64,000 nucleotides of DNA from a virus. The translations under genes were made by a program, and so were the position numbers. The notes under the pieces were generated by a model that was given only the letters and a program-made list of their open reading frames with translations, did not search any database and was not told where the DNA came from. This document shows, piece after piece, positions 54,718 through 63,219 of the stretch (within the stretch, counting starts at the first letter, position 1; the number at the start of each line of letters is the position of its first letter). The stretch is taken from IMG/VR virus record IMGVR_UViG_3300031787_000078, positions 1,581 through 65,580 of that record. The stretch is one strand, 5' to 3'.

Positions 54718-55317
54718 ATGGGATACACAAGAGAACAGGTTGAGGCTGCCGTTAAAGCCAAAGGTTACGTTTACTTTGAGGACACTAATAACAAAGGGTT
54801 TGATGTAAACATAATTGGAATAAGAAACGCCGCTACAGGTCAAAAAGTAACAAATGCGTTTGATGACTTATTAACAGTAAGTTATAAAGATGAAACAGGT
54901 GTGTGGAAATACCACGAATGGCCGGCGACAACAGATCCTGGTAAAAAAGGAGTGATGGAATATCACAATAAGGCTGGAGTTGCTCGTCTTGTTGAGGGTC
55001 AATACAGAGGATCTCACACAATTGGGTTACACCAAGGAAAATACGAAGCATTAAGACAAGCAAAAAATGTTAAAGTTTATCGTGATCCGAATCGTGATTT
55101 AACTTATGATGAAACAAAAATTGCTGAAGGTGTGTTTGGTATTAACATTCACAAAGCAGGTGCTGATTCAACTTATGTTGAAAACTGGTCTGAAGGATGT
55201 CAAGTATTCAAAAGATCAAAAGATTTTGATGAATTTATGGCAATCTGTAGAAAGGCTCGTGAAAAACACGGAAACTCTTTTACTTATACATTGATTGAAT
55301 CAAGTGATATTAAGTAA
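54718..55317 (+). CDS. hypothetical protein with YkuD-like (L,D-transpeptidase fold) His/Cys signature; possible cell-wall enzyme
   Basis: GINIHKAG…(13 aa)…WSEGCQVF resembles the YkuD catalytic IHGT…SHGCIR spacing; weak. Confidence 0.3.
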   Translation: MGYTREQVEAAVKAKGYVYFEDTNNKGFDVNIIGIRNAATGQKVTNAFDDLLTVSYKDETGVWKYHEWPATTDPGKKGVMEYHNKAGVARLVEGQYRGSHTIGLHQGKYEALRQAKNVKVYRDPNRDLTYDETKIAEGVFGINIHKAGADSTYVENWSEGCQVFKRSKDFDEFMAICRKAREKHGNSFTYTLIESSDIK

Positions 55318-55332
55318 TAGAAAATAACTAAT

Positions 55333-55375
55333 AAACCCCCATTTCTAAAAAAGATTTGGGGGTTTTGTTTTTTTA
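55333..55375 (+). terminator. rho-independent terminator
   Basis: AAACCCCCA…TGGGGGTTT 9-bp stem followed by TGTTTTTTT. Confidence 0.6.
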
Positions 55376-55390
55376 TTGAAATTTTATTTA

Positions 55391-55398
55391 TATATTTG
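55391..55398 (+). promoter_or_regulatory. TATATTTG -7-like element
   Basis: TAnnTTTG 18 nt before the ATG at 55417. Confidence 0.35.
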
Positions 55399-55416
55399 TC
55401 TTCTTAAAATAATCTA

Positions 55417-56259
55417 ATGGTAGAAAAATACAGATATAAAATACAAAACCGATTGAGTAGTTTCACATATTGGTTGTATAATGAAAAATTCTTGGGCTTA
55501 CAAAAAGTTATTGATGTTATACTTAAACCACTTGAAACTAAACTCAGTGAAGAAGAGAAAAATAAACATATTTTTGGTGCGAATGTTTTAAGATCTAATG
55601 GAAAGATAACAGAATCTCAATATAATAATTTCATTGATAATTTATCAAACAGAACATTAATATATACCGATGAGAATGGAAACATTGATCCAAAGGGTAA
55701 ATGGCACTACGTCAATAAGTTAAATACCAATTATTATGATTTAGCGGAGTTATTGACGGAATTACTTATAAGATCATATAACAACAATAGTGTTGTTAGT
55801 AAAACCATTATCCAAAGTTTGATAGGTAAATCATCTGATATTGAAACTAAAAATGTTTTACTTAAACATAAACACAAACTACCTCAATTATTTAATGACT
55901 ATTTAAAATCTCCACAGGAACTACTTAAGTTTACTAAAGCAATACAACGAACTAGTGCAATGGGTGAGAAATTGGAGGATGATATAGTAAAAAGATTAAC
56001 TGAGATTGGTTATGAGGTTATATACCAAGGTGGTAATGGTGATTATATTGACATGGTCTATTCAATTGATTTTATCATAAAAGGAAAAGATAAAATTTAT
56101 ACCGTACAATCAAAGACAACTCAAAATCAGGTTGATAAGTTTATGAAAGATAGTAATTGGGGGAAATATAAAGAGGTTGATTTATTAATATATCCGTCAA
56201 ATACAAAATACAAGATATTTATGGTGAAAGATAAAGTAACCAAAGAAATTGATAAATGA
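55417..56259 (+). CDS. hypothetical protein
   Basis: 280-aa ORF; no confident motif. A possible degenerate PD-(D/E)xK-like D…QSK was considered only as a guess. Confidence 0.45.
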   Translation: MVEKYRYKIQNRLSSFTYWLYNEKFLGLQKVIDVILKPLETKLSEEEKNKHIFGANVLRSNGKITESQYNNFIDNLSNRTLIYTDENGNIDPKGKWHYVNKLNTNYYDLAELLTELLIRSYNNNSVVSKTIIQSLIGKSSDIETKNVLLKHKHKLPQLFNDYLKSPQELLKFTKAIQRTSAMGEKLEDDIVKRLTEIGYEVIYQGGNGDYIDMVYSIDFIIKGKDKIYTVQSKTTQNQVDKFMKDSNWGKYKEVDLLIYPSNTKYKIFMVKDKVTKEIDK

Positions 56260-57638
56260 AAATCATTATTACTGAAACACAAGCAAAATTACTTATTGAG
56301 GGTAAAATAAAATGTCTTAAATGTGATCATTCTTGGGTTAAAGAAAAAGATGATGAGCACCCAGATCTTTGTCATTCTTGTGGGTGGGATTCAAAAGAAA
56401 ATAAGTACAATAAAACTGAACTAAAAAAGTTTTGGAAGAACTATAATTCAATCAATGAGGTTAGAGATAGTGGAATTAAAGTAACCGAAGAATACCTTAA
56501 AAAAAGAATTCCCTTTTTAAAACATCTTGAAACATCCGTTACCGATGAAAGAGATGGTGATCTTAGAATACAATTCCAAAACGTTACTTATAATCAAAAC
56601 GTTGAATACGTTAATTATAAGACGGATCCACCTACAGAACTTAAATTCAAACAATACAACACGGTTCTTGAACTTTATTATTATGAATACAAAATGGGTG
56701 GTTCAAGAAATGAAAACCCAAGATACAGATATGCAATTGGATTAAGATTTGAAATCCCATTATCATTTGAAGATGGTGGGGATGAATTATTTGAACATAT
56801 TTATAGGTTAGCAAACAAACAGGTTACCGAAAAATTATCATATAATAATGATGTGATAACTGAGAGTCCAACAGTACCAAAAGAATTTATGGATGAATCG
56901 GTTAATCAGATTTTAAAAAGATTCTTTGAAATTGAGGAATGGATTGAGAATTTACCAATGGATATAAAAAATCCGTTGGCTGGTTATATTAAAGAAATGA
57001 AATTCTTAAAAAATAAAATAGGTGTATTATCTGAAAATAGTTTTGAGAGGACAAAAGAGATGATTGCAAAATCTGTTGATCGTATTGGAATTGTTGATAC
57101 AATAAAAAAGTTTGGATTATCAGTTAAGGCTGCGGACAAGTTCATTGAACCAAGTGTTATTTTACCTGGTGATCATCAGTTGAGTTTGGAAAGAATAAAA
57201 TCATTTTCAACTTATCAGTGTAGAGAAATATTACAATATTATATTTTTAATAAAAAATCACTACCGTCATATTATAAGGATGACGAAGTTAAAATACATC
57301 TTTCATTTGATTCGTTTGTTGGTACTTGGAACTTTTCAATTTATTTTGATGAAAATGAGGCAATGACGGGTTATGCCACAATGTTTTGGGATGACAATAA
57401 AGAACTACCAATATCAATAGATTTTTATAGAAATGAAACGGAACAATATGAAAATGAATTTGAATTTAATGATTATATGACAATAGATCAAAAATTTAAA
57501 ACAGTTCAACAGTTAGTTGATTTCTATAATGAAAACTATTTTTCTGCGATTAAATACTACACTAAAAAAGCATTACATTTTGCTAGAAAAGAAATGTATG
57601 AATGGTTTGAAGATAATAGAAGTGATTCTGATATTTGA
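56256..57638 (+). CDS. hypothetical protein with N-terminal zinc ribbon
   Basis: CLKCDHSW…CHSCGW; 460 aa. Confidence 0.5.
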   Translation: MKIIITETQAKLLIEGKIKCLKCDHSWVKEKDDEHPDLCHSCGWDSKENKYNKTELKKFWKNYNSINEVRDSGIKVTEEYLKKRIPFLKHLETSVTDERDGDLRIQFQNVTYNQNVEYVNYKTDPPTELKFKQYNTVLELYYYEYKMGGSRNENPRYRYAIGLRFEIPLSFEDGGDELFEHIYRLANKQVTEKLSYNNDVITESPTVPKEFMDESVNQILKRFFEIEEWIENLPMDIKNPLAGYIKEMKFLKNKIGVLSENSFERTKEMIAKSVDRIGIVDTIKKFGLSVKAADKFIEPSVILPGDHQLSLERIKSFSTYQCREILQYYIFNKKSLPSYYKDDEVKIHLSFDSFVGTWNFSIYFDENEAMTGYATMFWDDNKELPISIDFYRNETEQYENEFEFNDYMTIDQKFKTVQQLVDFYNENYFSAIKYYTKKALHFARKEMYEWFEDNRSDSDI

Positions 57639-57680
57639 TTTATTAAAAAGAAATGTTTATTATTAACTAAAACATACAAC

Positions 57681-57860
57681 ATGAGTAATAATAATAGTAG
57701 TAGTGGAGGTCTAAGTTTAACAACTATCCTATTTTTAATCTTTTTAGTTTTAAAACTTACAAATTATATTGATTGGTCTTGGTGGTGGGTTACTTCACCG
57801 TTATGGATTAGTGCAATACTTGTAATTTTAATTTTTTCAATCCTTTTAAAAATAAAATAA
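57681..57860 (+). CDS. small membrane protein (59 aa)
   Basis: Hand-translated MSNNNSSSGGLSLTTILFLIFLVLKLTNYIDWSWWWVTSPLWISAILVILIFSILLKIK, two TM helices; not in the ORF track. Confidence 0.35.
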   Translation: MSNNNSSSGGLSLTTILFLIFLVLKLTNYIDWSWWWVTSPLWISAILVILIFSILLKIK

Positions 57861-57866
57861 TAAGTT

Positions 57867-58376
57867 ATGTTAGAATTATTAACAGGATACTTAAAACAAT
57901 TACCTGATGGTAGTTTTGTTGTTAGATTTGCCGACACGGTTAATTCATTTAAACCAATATTTTTTGATCTTCCTTTACATCCTTCAAGTAAAGATAATGA
58001 AGGACTTGTTCACGGAAAAGAAGTTGAATTTGTAATTGAAACAATCGCAATAGGTGATAGTGAATTTGATATTATTGATTGTGATGTTGCTAAGTTATTA
58101 CCATTTTATTCTGATGTATCCAATTACCCAATGTTAGATTCAATCATTGAGAATTATCCTGATGAGGAATTTTTAAAGGCGGATGGGCTTGATGATGCAA
58201 TCATTGGTGTTGATGAAGGTTCATTCCGACTTATATACTCAAAGAGTAAATGTATTGATATATTTGTGAGTGAGGGAATGGATGTGGAAGATGCCTTAGA
58301 GCATTATTATTATAATGTTGTTGGATCCTATGTGGGAGAAAAAACTCCTATCTGGTGTGAAGATACTTTACTATAG
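57867..58376 (+). CDS. hypothetical protein
   Basis: 169-aa ORF. Confidence 0.45.
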   Translation: MLELLTGYLKQLPDGSFVVRFADTVNSFKPIFFDLPLHPSSKDNEGLVHGKEVEFVIETIAIGDSEFDIIDCDVAKLLPFYSDVSNYPMLDSIIENYPDEEFLKADGLDDAIIGVDEGSFRLIYSKSKCIDIFVSEGMDVEDALEHYYYNVVGSYVGEKTPIWCEDTLL

Positions 58377-58402
58377 TTGTATTTATTTATAAATCTAATC
58401 AT

Positions 58403-58645
58403 ATGGGAACTATTACTAAAAAAATTATTAAACTCATTGAAGAAAAAGAAAGTTTATTATCCGATGAGATTAAAGATCATTTAATTGAATTAAAGGAAGA
58501 AATTAAAAATCTTAAAAAACAAGAATCGGATTTAATTAACAGGACATATATGGTTGGGTATATGGACAAAGAAAGTAACCGACGTATGAAAGGAAATTAT
58601 TACAAGGAAACTTATGAACCATTTTTATTTTTAAGATCAGAATGA
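58403..58645 (+). CDS. hypothetical protein
   Basis: 80-aa ORF. Confidence 0.4.
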   Translation: MGTITKKIIKLIEEKESLLSDEIKDHLIELKEEIKNLKKQESDLINRTYMVGYMDKESNRRMKGNYYKETYEPFLFLRSE

Positions 58646-58755
58646 AAAGATTAATATTAATAGTATTAGTTATGATTACAATTGTAAGTTGTAAATCATC
58701 AAAACATACCAATTGTGATGCTTACGGATCTGTAAGTAAAACCACACAAAAATAA
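58642..58755 (+). CDS. small putative lipoprotein (37 aa)
   Basis: Hand-translated MKRLILIVLVMITIVSCKSSKHTNCDAYGSVSKTTQK; ATGA overlap with the upstream stop; lipobox-like IVSC. Confidence 0.3.
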   Translation: MKRLILIVLVMITIVSCKSSKHTNCDAYGSVSKTTQK

Positions 58756-58790
58756 TTTATTTTTCATTACTCAAAGTATTTATATACTAT

Positions 58791-60398
58791 ATGAGTAGTG
58801 ACCATAATATTCCACCATTCTTTAGAAGAAGAATAGATCATCATAAATTTGAAAAAATGATGAGACAGGGTATTATGTATATCTATTATGATTCCAAAAG
58901 TTTAGAAGAGTTCAAATGGAAATTAGTCCAAGCGACATTAGAAAACTATCTCCACTATAAATATGAAATTGATTTGGATACCGTACCTGAAGATGAGGTG
59001 ACTGATTTCATTAAATATATGATTGATGTTTATGATCCATTATTAAAAAGTTATTATTACAGTGCAAGAAAAGAAGGAAGAGGACCTGTTAACGAAGGGG
59101 CTATGGATGGTACCATACAAAAAATAATTGATTCCTCAATAAAGGACTTAATTAATATATGTGGTAATTTTGATAGTGAGAATTTTCCTGATTATATATC
59201 ATTTGAGGCTTGTGAAAACATTGAACAAATTGATAAAATTACCGTAAAAAAAATCACCCCAATTAAAAAATTAAGCAACATCCCAATGTTTGATGTTGAG
59301 GTAGATATTGATTTTGTTAGTGCATCTGCTTGGGTGGACTTTGAGAATGAATTGGTAATGATTACTGATTATATAAAAAACAAGTATAAAATTTTTGTTG
59401 TTTTTACTGTGATGGAACAATGGAATGTTCATAAACGTCAAATGGAGGGATCATTAAAACCACTTATCAAAAATGTTCTAAGAGAAGAGATGACAGATAT
59501 ACAAATGTATATGTGGAAACTTAAACGTGAGATTGAAGAAAATTATTATAAAGTTACCAGAAAATTTGAAGATCCTTGGTTAAAACATACAAGAATTGAA
59601 TCAATATATTGGGATAACTTTGGGAAAATATTTGAAGTTGTCATAAAGAGCGATACCAATTATGACTTAACTTGGTGGATCCAATTTGATGAAAATATGA
59701 AAATGGAAAGTGTTATAAAGCACGAAATAAAAGATTGGGAGTATAACATAAAAGATGTTGAGCAAATTGGTGGATTTGAGAACGATTCTAAGGACTTTTG
59801 GTCCGTCATTAGATACATCTATCCATATGCTCAAAAATATATCATTAAAAGGAAGAAAGAAATGATTAATGAAAGTGAGGAAGACAAACTTAAAAGTTTC
59901 TTTTTTAAATTATGGGACAGTAAAAAAAATGGGGGTCAAACACCAAAATTTGATTTAAAGACACTTCAAAAATTAGGATTATTAAAAAAAGAAGACAAGA
60001 TCCGTAATTACTATACGGAATATATGGGTGGTCAAGAAGAGTTAGAAAGAAATGTTAAAAACTTTTTTATTGGTCAAACATTTAGTACTGACGACATTCA
60101 AAAACATAAAATAAATGTTGGTGGATATGATTTTGTATTTAAAATAGTTGATGTTTTTTTTGATCAAACAACTATGGGTAATGGGGAAGTTGAATGTTAT
60201 GCGTCATTTGACATTATAAAAGGAAATGTAACCGTATTCTCAGGTGAAGAGTTTGATTTAATGGATCACGATTCAATTAGTGATGAACTATGGTGGGAGT
60301 TAGATGAAGAAATAAAAGATTTGATACAAGATTTCATGTTTGAAATTATTGATTCTTTTGGTGTTAATGTTGATCAAATATATTTAGAGTGGGGATAG
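58791..60398 (+). CDS. hypothetical protein; C-terminal ~180 aa paralogous to the ORF at 60400
   Basis: EEDKLKSFFFKLWDSKKNGG…LQKLGLLKKEDKIRNYYTEYMGGQEE aligns with MKSLIKKILKEETEDKLKNFFFKIWDQQ…LKKLGLYRPEDKRRRIWEYYVDYMGGKEN. Confidence 0.5.
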   Translation: MSSDHNIPPFFRRRIDHHKFEKMMRQGIMYIYYDSKSLEEFKWKLVQATLENYLHYKYEIDLDTVPEDEVTDFIKYMIDVYDPLLKSYYYSARKEGRGPVNEGAMDGTIQKIIDSSIKDLINICGNFDSENFPDYISFEACENIEQIDKITVKKITPIKKLSNIPMFDVEVDIDFVSASAWVDFENELVMITDYIKNKYKIFVVFTVMEQWNVHKRQMEGSLKPLIKNVLREEMTDIQMYMWKLKREIEENYYKVTRKFEDPWLKHTRIESIYWDNFGKIFEVVIKSDTNYDLTWWIQFDENMKMESVIKHEIKDWEYNIKDVEQIGGFENDSKDFWSVIRYIYPYAQKYIIKRKKEMINESEEDKLKSFFFKLWDSKKNGGQTPKFDLKTLQKLGLLKKEDKIRNYYTEYMGGQEELERNVKNFFIGQTFSTDDIQKHKINVGGYDFVFKIVDVFFDQTTMGNGEVECYASFDIIKGNVTVFSGEEFDLMDHDSISDELWWELDEEIKDLIQDFMFEIIDSFGVNVDQIYLEWG

Positions 60399-60399
60399 T

Positions 60400-60963
60400 A
60401 TGAAAAGTTTAATTAAGAAAATATTAAAAGAAGAAACTGAAGATAAGTTGAAAAACTTTTTCTTTAAGATATGGGACCAACAAAAGGAAAAACAAGGTGT
60501 TGCGTTCTATGATGAAGGTCTTCTTAAAAAATTAGGTCTTTATAGACCAGAAGATAAAAGACGCCGTATATGGGAATACTATGTTGATTACATGGGTGGT
60601 AAAGAAAATCAGACAAATGAGTTTATTAATTACTTAGAGAATACAATCTTTAATGCTTCTGACAGTGAAGAAATTCAAGACAGAATATCTTTTGACTTTA
60701 AATTCAAACTTTTAAATGTTGATATTAATAACAAAAGAGAATTAAAAGGATCATACTTTATTGTTGAAGGAGTATGGGATGATGCAGATTCAGGAGAAAC
60801 ATATAGTATAGTTACAGGACAAAATGAAATTGACGATATGGCAACTTATTTTGATATGCAATATGAAATAGGTGAAGGTATAAGTGATTTTGTAACTCAA
60901 ATTGGTAGAAAATTTGGGTTAATGTTAAATTTTGTTGATATTAGAGAATACAAAGTAAATTAA
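60400..60963 (+). CDS. hypothetical protein, MKxLIxxILxEET family
   Basis: N-terminus MKSLIKKILKEETEDK; tandem paralog of the upstream C-terminal domain. Confidence 0.5.
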   Translation: MKSLIKKILKEETEDKLKNFFFKIWDQQKEKQGVAFYDEGLLKKLGLYRPEDKRRRIWEYYVDYMGGKENQTNEFINYLENTIFNASDSEEIQDRISFDFKFKLLNVDINNKRELKGSYFIVEGVWDDADSGETYSIVTGQNEIDDMATYFDMQYEIGEGISDFVTQIGRKFGLMLNFVDIREYKVN

Positions 60964-61280
60964 CAAAAATAACCGGACTCCATATCACACACAATTTTAA
61001 TACCACAATCGTGTAATTGAGGTTTGAATGTGGAACGAAACTTATGACCAATGTCTACAAGCTCATCAGTATAAATGGGATGTACGCTAATTACTTTTAT
61101 TGTTACCATAGAATTACATTCATTAAAAATTATCCTATCACCTATTCTTTGTGCGTACCTAAAAGACCTCATATTTTGTTCAGGGTATTCGAGGACCATA
61201 GATTCAATGGAAATAATACGACCATTACTTACCATTTTTAAAAAAGATAAAAATGACTGTTTTAATTTGTTGGATATCAT
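60960..61280 (-). CDS. hypothetical protein (opposite strand)
   Basis: 106-aa ATG ORF on the minus strand, 4-nt overlap with the next minus-strand ORF suggests a two-gene operon. Confidence 0.4.
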   Translation of the reverse strand: MISNKLKQSFLSFLKMVSNGRIISIESMVLEYPEQNMRSFRYAQRIGDRIIFNECNSMVTIKVISVHPIYTDELVDIGHKFRSTFKPQLHDCGIKIVCDMESGYFC

Positions 61281-61603
61281 TTCATTCCATTTAAAATTGC
61301 TTGTATAACAGAAATAGATTCTTTGTCTTTATCTGTTTTATATTCTTTTTTCTTGAGGTAATCTAATGAATCAATGAGTTCTTGTTTTTTAGATGATTCC
61401 TTAGGTTCTGTTACGGTAGGTTCACAGTAAGGGCATTCAATCAATTCTTTACGATAAAAATGTTTATTTTGACATTTTTTAAACGAACCAATTTCTTTGT
61501 CTTGGTGTGTTGATCTACCATAAACAATGTTCATAACTGCTTTTGTTTTGGATTCCGATTTACATACGGACATAACAATATGCTCAAATAATTTTCTTTC
61601 CAT
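61277..61603 (-). CDS. hypothetical Cys-containing protein (opposite strand)
   Basis: Track start 61633 is TTG; ATG (MERKLFEH…) at 61603; contains a CPYCEP segment and several other Cys. Confidence 0.4.
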   Translation of the reverse strand: MERKLFEHIVMSVCKSESKTKAVMNIVYGRSTHQDKEIGSFKKCQNKHFYRKELIECPYCEPTVTEPKESSKKQELIDSLDYLKKKEYKTDKDKESISVIQAILNGMK

Positions 61604-61662
61604 GGGACAAATATAGTTATTTTTTCTAAACAAACAAATTTGTTTTCATATATTTATATAAG

Positions 61663-62028
61663 ATGAAAGAACTAATACGAAATATTTTAAGGGAAGAAAC
61701 CGAAAAAAGTACAAATATAGAAAAGTATTTAAACCCTTTAAAAAAATATATTTCGTTGAGACCTTTACCGGATTCTGTTTGCTTTACGTCTATTGTATTA
61801 TCTGAAAATATAATAATTGTAATGTTCCGATATAATAGGGTAATGACTAAAACTCTTGAAGAAAAAATTCAATCGGAAATTAAAAAAGTGTTTAACACAA
61901 ATAATATTTATGTAACAAGTTTTTTTACTGATGAGAAAACCTGTAAGGAAAATTTAGAAAGATTATTAAACAGTGATGATTATAATAAAAAATTATTTCT
62001 GATTCCTAATAAAAATTATAATTCATAA
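61663..62028 (+). CDS. hypothetical protein, MKxLIxxILxEET family
   Basis: N-terminus MKELIRNILREETEKS. Confidence 0.45.
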   Translation: MKELIRNILREETEKSTNIEKYLNPLKKYISLRPLPDSVCFTSIVLSENIIIVMFRYNRVMTKTLEEKIQSEIKKVFNTNNIYVTSFFTDEKTCKENLERLLNSDDYNKKLFLIPNKNYNS

Positions 62029-62031
62029 ATT

Positions 62032-63063
62032 TTGTCAACAGCGAGACCTTTTGCATATAATACGGGATCCACAATATCGGGGACAATACAATTGGGTGAT
62101 CTTGCAATTGGTGTAGATCCTTTGGACTATCCTGGTGGTGTTGGTGGTGTAAGATGGTGGAATGGTCCTGATGAAGATTTGGGATATATAATATGTAGAC
62201 CAAATTTAAATGGTAACCAACCAAATCCCGACAATGATCCTGCTTACATTCGATTTTTAAGATCCAAATTAAAAACAGAGGATTCTTTTGTAAATTTAAC
62301 TAATACAGTTTTTGGGCAGTCATTTACAAACGGGAACGATTGTAAAAGTTATTTAGATTCAAATGGGTATTGGAATTCTTGGATTGACACTAGTCCAACA
62401 CCTACACCAACTCAAACCATTACACCAACTATAACTGTAACTCCAACTATAACTGTAACTCCAACCAATACAATAACTCCAACCAATACAATAACTCCAA
62501 CAAAAACTATAACACCAACCAATACAACAACTCCAACAAAAACTATAACACCAACAGTTACACCAACCAATACAATTACGCCAACAGTTACACCAACCAA
62601 TACAATAACCCCATCAACATCCCCTTCACCATCTTCGGCGGTAACATTCTTACAAACATTTACATCAGGGGTGGCACCTGGAACAACAATAGAAAATGCT
62701 TGGACAACATTTAGAGCACAGTTAACAGGAACATATACTAAATTTGATTTTACAAGCTCTAATGGTCAAGGATATACAGGGATTACAGATGCCGTCAAAG
62801 TTCAACAAATTGCAAATGCTTTACGTACTGGAACAACAGGAGTTACATTGGCGGTAACAATTAGTGGTGTGACTTGGAATGTTGGGTGTTGTACTTGTAG
62901 ATCTGGTGGTGCTATTAACGGAGCTGTTGAGTTCGCAAACGTGGCACTTTGTAGTGGTAGTAGTACCGCAGCATTAAGACCATTTATAAATAACAGTAAC
63001 TGGGGTGGTATTGGGTCAACAGTAGGTGCTGCCACACAAACATTAACACTTAAATTTTATTAA
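62032..63063 (+). CDS. hypothetical protein with Thr/Pro tandem-repeat linker
   Basis: TTG start (no in-frame ATG for >100 codons). N-terminal domain, then TPTPTQTITPTITVTPTITVTPTNTITPTNTITPTKTITPTNTTTPTKTITPTVTPTNTITPTVTPTNTITPSTSPSPSS, then a Gly/Thr-rich C-terminal domain. Confidence 0.45.
   Translation: MSTARPFAYNTGSTISGTIQLGDLAIGVDPLDYPGGVGGVRWWNGPDEDLGYIICRPNLNGNQPNPDNDPAYIRFLRSKLKTEDSFVNLTNTVFGQSFTNGNDCKSYLDSNGYWNSWIDTSPTPTPTQTITPTITVTPTITVTPTNTITPTNTITPTKTITPTNTTTPTKTITPTVTPTNTITPTVTPTNTITPSTSPSPSSAVTFLQTFTSGVAPGTTIENAWTTFRAQLTGTYTKFDFTSSNGQGYTGITDAVKVQQIANALRTGTTGVTLAVTISGVTWNVGCCTCRSGGAINGAVEFANVALCSGSSTAALRPFINNSNWGGIGSTVGAATQTLTLKFY
62393..62640 (+). repeat. tandem DNA repeats (18/30/36-nt units) encoding the TP-rich linker
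   Basis: actccaactataactgta x2, actccaaccaatacaata x2, ~36-nt unit x2, ccaacagttacaccaaccaatacaat x2. Confidence 0.6.
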
Positions 63064-63068
63064 AGGAT

Positions 63069-63194
63069 ATGTATAATGTAATAGAAATATCAACAGGAAA
63101 CATTATGTTGGAAAACTCAACATATGAAGAATGTATACAATGGATTGAAACATATGGTGATATCATAAATTATACAATTGTACCGTACCAATAA
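63069..63194 (+). CDS. small hypothetical protein (41 aa)
   Basis: Hand-translated MYNVIEISTGNIMLENSTYEECIQWIETYGDIINYTIVPYQ in the gap before the next gene. Confidence 0.25.
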   Translation: MYNVIEISTGNIMLENSTYEECIQWIETYGDIINYTIVPYQ

Positions 63195-63219
63195 GGGTTT
63201 ATAAATATATTTATAGATA

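Noticed and set aside
55417-56259. PD-(D/E)xK nuclease call for the ORF at 55417 (D…D…QSK)
   Set aside because: Motif too degenerate and spacing atypical; left as hypothetical.
61017-61308. Plus-strand ORFs 61017-61241 and 61075-61308
   Set aside because: Overlap the two minus-strand ORFs that form a tidy 4-nt-overlap pair with ATG starts; the + ORFs lack upstream context. Kept as the less likely alternative.
62412-62600. Minus-strand ORF 62412-62600 (poly-Val/Gly translation)
   Set aside because: It is the reverse reading of the Thr/Pro repeat DNA; repeat-driven artefact.
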